From: Flavobacteriales bacterium
GTDB lineage: Bacteria; Bacteroidota; Bacteroidia; Flavobacteriales; UBA7312
Length of the DNA: 64,000 nucleotides
NCBI GenBank assembly: GCA_029248105.1
Contig: JAQWJZ010000018.1
Location: 7,596 to 71,595, forward strand
Direction: 5' to 3'
The position numbers and the translations under genes are program-made. Under the pieces are notes generated by a model that saw only the letters and a program-made list of their open reading frames with translations, was not told the origin of the DNA and ran no database searches. Below are positions 39,197 to 47,175 of this stretch, piece after piece (within the stretch, counting starts at the first letter, position 1; each line of letters opens with the position of its first letter).

Positions 39197-39862
39197 ATGA
39201 AAATATTATTAGTTGGCTCTTCAAGTGACATCGCTCACAATCTAGTAAATAATTTTAATTCGGAGTTTGATTTTATTGAGCTTACTTCGACGCCAAGTTC
39301 TTCAAGTCAGCATCAAATCAATGTTCAGAATGAAGAAACCTACCCCAAAATTGATGGTGAAATTAATGGTTTAGTCTATTTTCCAGGCTCCATCAATCTC
39401 AGGCCTTTTTCTGGGCTCAAGCTTGTAGACTTTCAAGCAGATTATGATATTAATGTATTGGGATTAATCAAAACACTTAAACACTATCATAAACATTTGG
39501 CAGTAGATTCTTCTGTAGTGATGATTAGTTCTGTTGCGGCAACAGTAGGGATGCCTTATCATGCTTCAATTTCAATGTGTAAATCTGCTATTGAAGGGCT
39601 TTGTCGTTCTCTTGCTGCTGAATGGGCGCCTAAAGTGCGTGTTAATTGTATTGCTCCTTCTGTTGTTCAAACTAAATTATCTGCTAGACTATTCAGAACA
39701 GATGCTCAAGTAGAACAGATGAATACTCGTCATCCATTACAGAAAGTTGGTCAGCCTAAGAATATTTCAGATGCAATTTCATTTCTATTATCTGACAAAT
39801 CATCCTGGATTACGGGGCAAACATTACATGTTGATGGTGGTCTTTCAAAATTAAAGAAATAA
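39197..39862 (+). CDS. Short-chain dehydrogenase/reductase (candidate pterin/sepiapterin-type reductase)
   Basis: Rossmann N-terminus KILLVGSSSDIA and the SDR core ...SSVAA...CKSAIEGLCRSLAAEWAPKVRVNCIAP...GQTLHVDGG. Confidence 0.75.
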   Translation: MKILLVGSSSDIAHNLVNNFNSEFDFIELTSTPSSSSQHQINVQNEETYPKIDGEINGLVYFPGSINLRPFSGLKLVDFQADYDINVLGLIKTLKHYHKHLAVDSSVVMISSVAATVGMPYHASISMCKSAIEGLCRSLAAEWAPKVRVNCIAPSVVQTKLSARLFRTDAQVEQMNTRHPLQKVGQPKNISDAISFLLSDKSSWITGQTLHVDGGLSKLKK

Positions 39863-39864
39863 AA

Positions 39865-41940
39865 ATGTATCAATACATTTGGCGTTATAAGTATCTTCTT
39901 TCGGTCATAATTCTAGTCGTTTTCTCTATCTGTTTAAATCAGTTATTGAAAGCCAATATATTCTTTGATTCTGAACGTATAATAAAAGAGTTAGAAGCTG
40001 CTAATGTTGACGTTAGTGTATTGGATGATAACAACCTACTTTTCTTTGGGATTTCTTTTGAAGACAGTATATCCTATCAAGACATGTTGGATGTGGACAC
40101 TTTTCACAAGTCTTTAAAAAAGTCTAAATACGTGAAGCGTGTATTTAGTATAATCAACGATAGACAAATTATCAATACGGGTCTTTTTCCTATTACTAAG
40201 AAAGTAATGAGGATAAGCGATGAAGAATCGTTTAAGAATTCATTAAAGCAAATAGATGAAAGAGGCAATAATTTCTTATCAACAGATGGTAAGAAATTGC
40301 TCTTTTTGATAGAGAATGAATCAGGACTTAGCAAAGACGATAATCGTAAATTTGTCAATTCATTATACTCAACTGATTTGAACGAAAATATGTCAAGCGT
40401 TAATGTCAGTGGTCGTTCGCCAAGCGAATTATATTTTGAGAAAAAAGTAATTCAAGAGTTTATCATACTTACTATTGTGAGTGGCTTATTGTGCTTTTTG
40501 TTTTTACTTTTTATCACAAAAAACCTAAGGCTAGTTATTCTTACAGTTTTCAGTGTTATTGCAAGTATAGTCGTTAGTTTAGGCTTATCTCAAATTCTTT
40601 TTGGAGGTATTGAGTTGGTTATGATTATCACCCCCGCCATATTGTTTATTGTTTGTCTTTCTGATATAATGCACTTAACCAATAAGCAAAGCAAGATTAC
40701 CGTTTCTAAAGAATTATTCTTTTTGTCAAGAATAGATACTGTTGGAAAGGCTGTTGCCCTAACATCCATAACAACTGCAATGAGCTTTCTGACGTTTTTG
40801 GTGAACGATATTATGCCAATTCTACGTTTTGGCCTTATCACATCTATAGGAGTAGTCTTTACACTTTTTATCGCTTTACTGGTATATGCTATCAGTATTG
40901 ATAAAAACTTCAACAAAAGTAAGCCTTTGTTGTCTTTTCAGCGCTTTACAGATACAGTTATTTATAAACTTAAAAATGGTCAAAAGAGTAAATCTTTTCA
41001 TCTTGTAATGGGGGCATTGATTTTCATAGGAATATATGGTGTTGCTAATGTAAAAATTGATAATTACCTTACTGATGAAATCAATAAAAAGTCAGAAATG
41101 TACAAGCAAACGGCATTTTTTGACAATCACTTTGGAGGGATAAAGCCCATTACTATTTTCCTTGATAAAGAAAATATTGGTGATTTAAGTATATTATCTC
41201 AGGTAGAGAAGTCTATTGAAAAATTGGGTTTTGTAGTTGATTTTTCCAACACCAATACGTCTGCTATGATGCTAGAGCAATTGGGCTTTGCAGACCAAGA
41301 GTTAGTGGGTAAATACTTTTATATCTGCCGAACTGGAGACGAGGGTTCTTTAGCGACTCTTAAAAAACTAAATGCTTTAGAAAGGGAGTATTTGTCTAAT
41401 GATTTAACATTTAATTATTCCGGTGCTGGTTATTTGTTTGACCTACTGGGCAATGATCTTACCAAGCAACTAATTTTAGGTTTGCTAATTGCTATTTTTT
41501 CTATTGGATTGGTGTTCTTTTTGTTGAATAAATTTGATTTTAACTATTTCATTATTGCTATCGTACCAAATCTTACTCCGATAGTTGTTTGTATAGGGTT
41601 GCTTTTCTGTGGTGGTTTCTACTTTAGTTTGTCCAATGCCTTTATATTCACTATTGTATTTGGATTAATTATCGATGATTCTATTCACCTTATCAGCGCA
41701 TATACCAATGCTAGAAAAAGAAAAGTATCTCAGATAGAAGCTTTGGACTTGGTGGTCAGTAGAACAGGAGATGCTATAATAAAGACCACTTTGATAGTTA
41801 TAATTTGTCTCTTCCCTTTGTCTTTTTCAGAGTTTAAATCTGTTTCTCAGCTGTCAGTAATCACTATAATAAGTGCCTTTGTAGCAGTCTTTTTTGACTT
41901 AGTTTATCTTCCGTTAATCATTAAAAGACTGACTAAGTAG
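39865..41940 (+). CDS. MMPL/RND-superfamily (SSD-type) transporter
   Basis: 691 aa with two blocks of ~6 TM segments, each preceded by a large soluble loop. Confidence 0.7.
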   Translation: MYQYIWRYKYLLSVIILVVFSICLNQLLKANIFFDSERIIKELEAANVDVSVLDDNNLLFFGISFEDSISYQDMLDVDTFHKSLKKSKYVKRVFSIINDRQIINTGLFPITKKVMRISDEESFKNSLKQIDERGNNFLSTDGKKLLFLIENESGLSKDDNRKFVNSLYSTDLNENMSSVNVSGRSPSELYFEKKVIQEFIILTIVSGLLCFLFLLFITKNLRLVILTVFSVIASIVVSLGLSQILFGGIELVMIITPAILFIVCLSDIMHLTNKQSKITVSKELFFLSRIDTVGKAVALTSITTAMSFLTFLVNDIMPILRFGLITSIGVVFTLFIALLVYAISIDKNFNKSKPLLSFQRFTDTVIYKLKNGQKSKSFHLVMGALIFIGIYGVANVKIDNYLTDEINKKSEMYKQTAFFDNHFGGIKPITIFLDKENIGDLSILSQVEKSIEKLGFVVDFSNTNTSAMMLEQLGFADQELVGKYFYICRTGDEGSLATLKKLNALEREYLSNDLTFNYSGAGYLFDLLGNDLTKQLILGLLIAIFSIGLVFFLLNKFDFNYFIIAIVPNLTPIVVCIGLLFCGGFYFSLSNAFIFTIVFGLIIDDSIHLISAYTNARKRKVSQIEALDLVVSRTGDAIIKTTLIVIICLFPLSFSEFKSVSQLSVITIISAFVAVFFDLVYLPLIIKRLTK

Positions 41941-42324
41941 TTAAATCTTATCGAGTTCAGCTTTAAAAAAAGACCATAAATTTGGTGGTAGATTATCTCT
42001 TTTGAAAAAGTCGAATTGCTCATTTTCATGGTTGAGTGCGATATCATTTTCTAGTGAAATGGAGTGATAAAACCAATATTCGTCCCCGTCGTACATACAA
42101 TGATTCAAAAATTTAGGATTATCAATTTTTAAGTTAGTCTCTTCTTGTGTCTCTCTTACTACAGCAAGGGAAGGATGTTCGTCAGTTTTTATTTTACCAA
42201 CTACTGGAGTCCAAATTCCGGGATAAAAAGGATTGCTTAGTTTTCTTTTTAGCAGTAGCACTTTACTGTTTTTAAATATGTAATGAACACAATACCTCAT
42301 TTTTGGACGTTTGGGCAATACCAA
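41941..42324 (-). CDS. Nudix hydrolase
   Basis: Nudix box GKIKTDEHPSLAVVRETQEETN (Gx5Ex7REx2EE). Confidence 0.75.
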   Translation of the reverse strand: MVLPKRPKMRYCVHYIFKNSKVLLLKRKLSNPFYPGIWTPVVGKIKTDEHPSLAVVRETQEETNLKIDNPKFLNHCMYDGDEYWFYHSISLENDIALNHENEQFDFFKRDNLPPNLWSFFKAELDKI

Positions 42325-43091
42325 CTTTTTCTTTGGTCTGAAGTGGTGGTGCTTATTATTTCGTTACCATTTTCATCTTCTTTTTTACCATACACTTTAA
42401 GTTCAAATTCTGATACGTGAAAGGGGTTTTTAAAATCCTTGAGTTCAGCCCCCCCGCTGATATAGCTTCTTTGCATAATATCTTGAGTGGCAAACACCAA
42501 TTCTTTTCGCCTCTTAGAAGATAGCTTACCCCATTTTTTTTCGGGATGTATTTTGGCAGCATACAATGCTTCAGACTTGATATAGTTGCCAACGCCTGGA
42601 AAAAAACGTTGATCCATAAGGGTAGAGCAGATAGATTTGGTAGCACTCACTTTTTCTTTAAGGTAATTAAGGTGCTTATCCAAATCGTAGTCATCGTTCA
42701 ATAGGTCGAAAGTTTTGAAATGTTTGTTTTGTAATTCTTCAAGAGATAACACTCTCATTTTGCCAAACTTTCTAACATCCCTAAAAAAAAGCTCCCTATC
42801 TGAAGCGCTCACTCTAAAATGGCAATGTTTAATGTTATCTAAATTCCATCCACCTGTCATGCCTAAATGAAAGTTAAAGAAAAGCCCATTGGTTAGTGGA
42901 AGAAAAATATTTTTTCCAATAGTAAATGTAGCTTGAAAATCCTTTGAATGGTGTTTGTTTACTGTGTCAAAAACGTCAGCGTATTTTTTCTCGTAATACT
43001 CTGTCAATAAATTAAAACGTAAGTTTTTTGATCCTTCAAAAAAGCGATTGTAATAAGTGGATGCTATTTTTACCTCTGGTCCTTCAGGCAT
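42297..43091 (-). CDS. Fpg/Nei family DNA glycosylase with a zinc-less finger
   Basis: N-terminal MPEGPEV (catalytic Pro2/Glu3) and an H2TH region. The C-terminus retains only 1 of the 4 zinc-finger Cys. Confidence 0.85.
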   Translation of the reverse strand: MPEGPEVKIASTYYNRFFEGSKNLRFNLLTEYYEKKYADVFDTVNKHHSKDFQATFTIGKNIFLPLTNGLFFNFHLGMTGGWNLDNIKHCHFRVSASDRELFFRDVRKFGKMRVLSLEELQNKHFKTFDLLNDDYDLDKHLNYLKEKVSATKSICSTLMDQRFFPGVGNYIKSEALYAAKIHPEKKWGKLSSKRRKELVFATQDIMQRSYISGGAELKDFKNPFHVSEFELKVYGKKEDENGNEIISTTTSDQRKSWYCPNVQK

Positions 43092-43648
43092 TATTTTAGT
43101 ATGACGATAACTTCGTTTCTTCTATTCAAAACTTTGTAAGGAGAGTCATAAACGAGTAGTTCAAACTCATTAGCATGAGTGATATTGTATTTTTCTAGTG
43201 TAGAGATTAACTCTTGTTTTTTGCGCTTTACCTTTGCGCTGTTGGAATAACCCGAAAAACGAATAGCAGCTACCATTCGGGATTCCATTTCAATGATTTC
43301 AATTTCATTGGAATTAGGAGCAGGCAGACTTTCCATTTCATAGCGTTCTGGCATTAAAAATAGCATTTCTTTATTTTCAGAAGACAGGCGCATATTGACA
43401 GGTGAAGTCATTCCAATTTGCTCGTTTTTACTATTTCCGCCAAAAATATAATTTGCTAAAACACGAAACTGAGAATTATTGCCTGTCTGTTCAGAATAAT
43501 GACTAGCATAAATTTGAGATGGATATTCTCTAATCTCTACCGAGTCGATGGTTCGTATTATATTGTAGTTTTCAGTTTTGCTCACGTTAAAAGAAAATAG
43601 GCCGTATAGTGTTAGTATAGCTACAGTTAAAATTAGTAATTTTTTCAT
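43091..43648 (-). CDS. SOUL haem-binding family protein
   Basis: Signal peptide, then the YNIIRTIDSVEIREYPSQIYAS... pattern of the SOUL/HBP family. Confidence 0.7.
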   Translation of the reverse strand: MKKLLILTVAILTLYGLFSFNVSKTENYNIIRTIDSVEIREYPSQIYASHYSEQTGNNSQFRVLANYIFGGNSKNEQIGMTSPVNMRLSSENKEMLFLMPERYEMESLPAPNSNEIEIIEMESRMVAAIRFSGYSNSAKVKRKKQELISTLEKYNITHANEFELLVYDSPYKVLNRRNEVIVILK

Positions 43649-44175
43649 TATTGAATTTTTGTTGTTATCTCATTATCCAAAGGACTAACACCACTTTTGA
43701 AATACGCCATCAACTTTCCGTTAGGTCCTATCAAGAATTTATTGAAATTCCAAGAGACATTAAAATCGTCTAAACCATTTTTAGATTTATTCGTTAGCCA
43801 AGTGTATAAAGGGTGTTGAGCATTTCCTTTGACATCGACTTTTTCGGTTAAAGGAAATGTAACATTGAATTTACTTTCGCAAAACGTTTTTATTTCGGAC
43901 GCTTTGCCAGGTTCTTGACCACCAAATTGATTGCAAGGCACACCAAGAACAACAAGTTTGTCAGTATATTCCTGACTTAGTTTTTGCAAATCGCTATACT
44001 GAGAAGTATAGCCACAGTAGGAGGCAACGTTAACAATAAGGATGTATTTATCCTTAAAATCGGACATGCTGATTTCTTTACCATCAATAGAAGATATGGA
44101 TATATCGTGTATAGACTGTGAAAAGGATGAACTTGCCATAAGTAGTGTAATTAAAAATGTGAGAAATATTTTCAT
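43648..44175 (-). CDS. Glutathione peroxidase (Cys type)
   Basis: VNVASYCGYT, NQFGGQEPG and WNFNKFLIG are the catalytic-tetrad motifs. Confidence 0.9.
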   Translation of the reverse strand: MKIFLTFLITLLMASSSFSQSIHDISISSIDGKEISMSDFKDKYILIVNVASYCGYTSQYSDLQKLSQEYTDKLVVLGVPCNQFGGQEPGKASEIKTFCESKFNVTFPLTEKVDVKGNAQHPLYTWLTNKSKNGLDDFNVSWNFNKFLIGPNGKLMAYFKSGVSPLDNEITTKIQ

Positions 44176-44188
44176 TATTTAATGTTTT

Positions 44189-44220
44189 AAAAAAAAGTGA
44201 GAGAGTTTTACCTCTCCCAC
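44189..44220 (-). terminator. Probable rho-independent terminator of the cupredoxin-fasciclin gene
   Basis: On the minus strand, gtgggagag-gtaaaa-ctctctcac (one mismatch) is followed by T8. Confidence 0.5.
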
Positions 44221-44252
44221 CTAATTATTAAATTAACCTCAATTACTATTTA

Positions 44253-45995
44253 CTAGCGTAAATTGTATCTTTTAATACTCGTTCCGTTGGAATAAATATC
44301 TATTACTATTTTGTCTGTAGAGTTTCTGTCTACTAATTCACCTAATAGGTTTATGGTATGCAGATACTCAACGTCTTTATTATTGAAGAGTATTTCGATT
44401 GATGTTGGATCTGCAGGAATTAATACCATATCTATAATATGTACTACGCCATTGTCGGCTACAACATCAGCTTGAATAACTGAGGCCATATCAATCATTA
44501 CGCTACTTCCATCTATAGTTACAACTAACACATCATTGTTCATTGTTGGGATTTCCATACCGTCCATTAAGTCCTCTGCCAAAGCATTGTCTGCGTGAAC
44601 ATGGTGTAATAGGATTTCTGTTAAGAGTTGGATATCAGCAAGTAATTCATCTACAGCTCCTTCAGGTAATGCATCAAAGGCATCATCTGTTGGTGCAAAT
44701 ACTGTATAGGGACCATCTCCTGATAAAGTTTCCCCTAAACCAGCGGCATCAATTGCTGCTTCCAAAGTTGTATGAATTGGAGACGCTTTAATGATACTCC
44801 AAACTGTAGTGTCTACTTCTCCCATTCCAGGTAATAATATTTTATCTATTATGTGCACTACACCATTACTTGCAGGAAGATCTGCTTCTATGACTGTTGC
44901 TAGATTAATCATAACTGTCATTCCATCAATGCTAACTTCCAATTCAGTGCCGTTCAATGTTGGAACCATCATGCCATCTTCTAGATCTTCTGAATAGACT
45001 TCTCCAGAGTGAACGTGATTATATAATAAGTCAATTAGTTCATCTTGGTTTGCTAATATTAAGTCAAGTGTTCCTGGCGGCAGACCATCAAATGCTTCAT
45101 CAGCTGGTGCAAATACTGTGAATGGGCCATCACCTGAAAGTGTTTCTTGCAAGTTCGCAGCTGTAATGGCTTGATTTAGAGTTGTGTGTATAGGTGAGTT
45201 TGCAATAATGTCCATTACTGTTTGCTCATCTGTAGAAGGTAAAAGCACCATATCAATAACGTGTACAATGCCATTATCAGCTACTATATTAGCAAAAGTA
45301 ACTGTAGACATATCAATCATAATTACCTCACCGTTTACAGAAACTTCTAAAATACCTTCATTAAGAGTTTCCACTTCCATACCTTCTTCTAAGTCATCAG
45401 CAGTAACATAGCCAGGGTGTACGTGTTGAAGAAGAACTGCAGTTAGAGCGTTTTCATCATCTAATAAAGCATCTAAAGCTCCTGCAGATAAGGCATTAAA
45501 GGCTGCATCTGTTGGAGCAAATACAGTAAACGGACCGTTGCCAGAAAGATCATCAACTAAATCAGCTAAAATTACAGCTGACTCTAAAATAGTATGATCA
45601 GGTGAGTTTACTATAATTTCTACAACAGTTCCGTTTTCCCCACCTTCAACAGTTATAGAGCCTACCATACCTTGTAAAGCATGATTTCCTACAGAACAAT
45701 CGTATTCATATGTTCCCGCTAAATTAAATACTTGAGTATGTATAGTAGCTCCCATAACATTGGTTGAGGATGAGTTAAAGCTTTCTGGGTTTCCAAAGCT
45801 TTCTCCTGTGACTGAGTTTGTATTTGCATTCACATCGTGTGTTCCGCCATCGTTAATCCATACAACGGTATCACCTAATGATATAGTCAGTGAACTTGGG
45901 TTATAATAAAACATTCCCGCATTAACCTGATGAACAGTTGCGAAAGTGGTTAAAGAAATAAATGATAATATAAGTACTCGTAGTAGATGTTTCAT
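44253..45995 (-). CDS. Secreted cupredoxin (plastocyanin-like) + 3x fasciclin (FAS1) + T9SS C-terminal sorting domain protein
   Basis: The start is taken at MKHLLRVLIL (signal peptide). Cu ligands are GGTHDV...YDCSVGNHALQGM. There are three ~135-aa FAS1 repeats (GPFTVFAPTDAAF...NG.VHVID.VLLP). The ~50-aa tail resembles the T9SS CTD. Confidence 0.8.
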   Translation of the reverse strand: MKHLLRVLILSFISLTTFATVHQVNAGMFYYNPSSLTISLGDTVVWINDGGTHDVNANTNSVTGESFGNPESFNSSSTNVMGATIHTQVFNLAGTYEYDCSVGNHALQGMVGSITVEGGENGTVVEIIVNSPDHTILESAVILADLVDDLSGNGPFTVFAPTDAAFNALSAGALDALLDDENALTAVLLQHVHPGYVTADDLEEGMEVETLNEGILEVSVNGEVIMIDMSTVTFANIVADNGIVHVIDMVLLPSTDEQTVMDIIANSPIHTTLNQAITAANLQETLSGDGPFTVFAPADEAFDGLPPGTLDLILANQDELIDLLYNHVHSGEVYSEDLEDGMMVPTLNGTELEVSIDGMTVMINLATVIEADLPASNGVVHIIDKILLPGMGEVDTTVWSIIKASPIHTTLEAAIDAAGLGETLSGDGPYTVFAPTDDAFDALPEGAVDELLADIQLLTEILLHHVHADNALAEDLMDGMEIPTMNNDVLVVTIDGSSVMIDMASVIQADVVADNGVVHIIDMVLIPADPTSIEILFNNKDVEYLHTINLLGELVDRNSTDKIVIDIYSNGTSIKRYNLR

Positions 45996-46020
45996 AATTT
46001 TTTTATTAGTTAAGTTGGTA

Positions 46021-46028
46021 CAAATATA
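46021..46028 (-). promoter_or_regulatory. -7 box TAnnTTTG (minus strand) for the cupredoxin-fasciclin gene
   Basis: Plus-strand caaatata reads tatatttg on the minus strand, 26 nt upstream of the ATG at 45995. Confidence 0.5.
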
Positions 46029-46041
46029 TAACTTTTTTAAA

Positions 46042-46075
46042 TTTGTATAAATATTTTCGCTCAATGTTATACAAA
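46042..46075. promoter_or_regulatory. Palindromic operator candidate TTTGTATAA-N16-TTATACAAA (copy 2 of 3)
   Basis: tttgtataa-atattttcgctcaatg-ttatacaaa, lying between the two divergent -7 boxes (46021..46028 minus, 46081..46088 plus). Confidence 0.7.
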
Positions 46076-46080
46076 ATGCG

Positions 46081-46088
46081 TATATTTG
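46081..46088 (+). promoter_or_regulatory. -7 box TAnnTTTG for the small ORF / carH-like transcription unit
   Basis: tatatttg, 6 nt downstream of the palindrome. Confidence 0.5.
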
Positions 46089-46136
46089 CAAAGTAAATAA
46101 TGACTATTGTGTCTAAAAACATTAAAATTTGGTAAA

Positions 46137-46301
46137 ATGCCAAGAAAGAAAAAAAAGAAAATTTCAATAGAAGAAATCAAAAAAAGAACTCCAAAAATCA
46201 TTTTTTATACTGATAAAATGAAAATCAACTTAAAAACAATGAGTAGCTTGGATTTTTGGTTCAATAAGTACCCTAATGGAAAATATATAGTCAATGACTA
46301 A
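46137..46301 (+). CDS. Small Lys-rich ORF (54 aa) overlapping the regulator start
   Basis: MPRKKKKKISIEEIKKR.... Its stop overlaps the regulator ATG (ATGACTAA). There is no family support, so it could be a non-coding leader. Confidence 0.3.
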   Translation: MPRKKKKKISIEEIKKRTPKIIFYTDKMKINLKTMSSLDFWFNKYPNGKYIVND

Positions 46302-47175
46302 GTATAGTATAGACCAGTTTTCACAAATCACTGGTATTACTAAGTTCGTTTTACGAACTTGGGAAAACCGTTATGGATTTTTGAAAGCACAACGAACCGA
46401 TACCAAAATTCGATTTTATACTGATGAATTGTTAGTGCGTGCTCTGAATTCCAATTACCTGCTCGAAAATGGTTATAAAATATCAGCAATATCTAAATTA
46501 GCTCACGATGAAATCGCCAAAAAAGTTGATGAAATCAAAAACAGTTCTGATGACAATTCAACAGAGTCCTATTATATTGCAAAATTGATTAAGTCTGCTC
46601 TTGATTTTGATTCACATCTTTTTCACTCAACTTATGAAAAAGGGGTTGAGGAGTTAGGAATACTTGAGTTTTATAAAAACGTCTTATTAGTAGCCTTTTC
46701 TAAGATTGGAATTTTTTGGCTTACCAATAGAATAGCACCTTCGCAAGAGCATTTTCTTTCTGAACTTGTTAAACAAAAAATTGGAGCTGCTGCAGATGCT
46801 GCTTCTATGAACGATTCTTTTAAAGAAACGTGGTTATTATTCTTACCTGAAAATGAATTCCATGAAATTGGATTAATTTTTGCTAAGTTTTTACTTATAA
46901 ATAGTGGGCACGAAGTTGTTTATTTAGGAGCAAACGTACCTTACGGATCGCTTTTACAGTTGGCTGAAAAAAAGCACATTGATAATGTCTTGTTTTTCTC
47001 TGTTTCTAACACTTCCAAAAGTAATCTTGATTTTACGATTAATTATTTAGAAAAGTCTTTCCCAAAATCAACACATTATTTAGTGGCAAATAGTCTTGAT
47101 ATTAATTTCTTAACTAAGAGTCATAAAATCACAATTCTTGATAACTTAGATGATTTTGTAGGAATTATTGACTAG
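46294..47175 (+). CDS. MerR-family, B12-binding light-responsive regulator (CarH/LitR type)
   Basis: N-terminal MerR HTH (YSIDQFSQITGITKFVLRTWENRYGF). W142-x9-E152-H153 (FWLTNRIAPSQEH). E188-x-H190-x-x-G193 (ENEFHEIG) followed by a Rossmann-type B12 domain. Confidence 0.85.
   Translation: MTKYSIDQFSQITGITKFVLRTWENRYGFLKAQRTDTKIRFYTDELLVRALNSNYLLENGYKISAISKLAHDEIAKKVDEIKNSSDDNSTESYYIAKLIKSALDFDSHLFHSTYEKGVEELGILEFYKNVLLVAFSKIGIFWLTNRIAPSQEHFLSELVKQKIGAAADAASMNDSFKETWLLFLPENEFHEIGLIFAKFLLINSGHEVVYLGANVPYGSLLQLAEKKHIDNVLFFSVSNTSKSNLDFTINYLEKSFPKSTHYLVANSLDINFLTKSHKITILDNLDDFVGIID

Noticed and set aside
44418-45629. Three ~400-bp internally similar segments that could be mistaken for a repeat array or mobile DNA
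   Set aside because: They are in-frame FAS1 domain repeats of one CDS. The similarity is at protein level and the DNA has diverged.
45996-46091. N-terminal extension of the cupredoxin-fasciclin ORF (MQIYAFCITLSENIY...)
   Set aside because: A clean signal peptide begins at the internal MKHLLRVLIL (45995). The extension would include the predicted -7 box and the operator arm.
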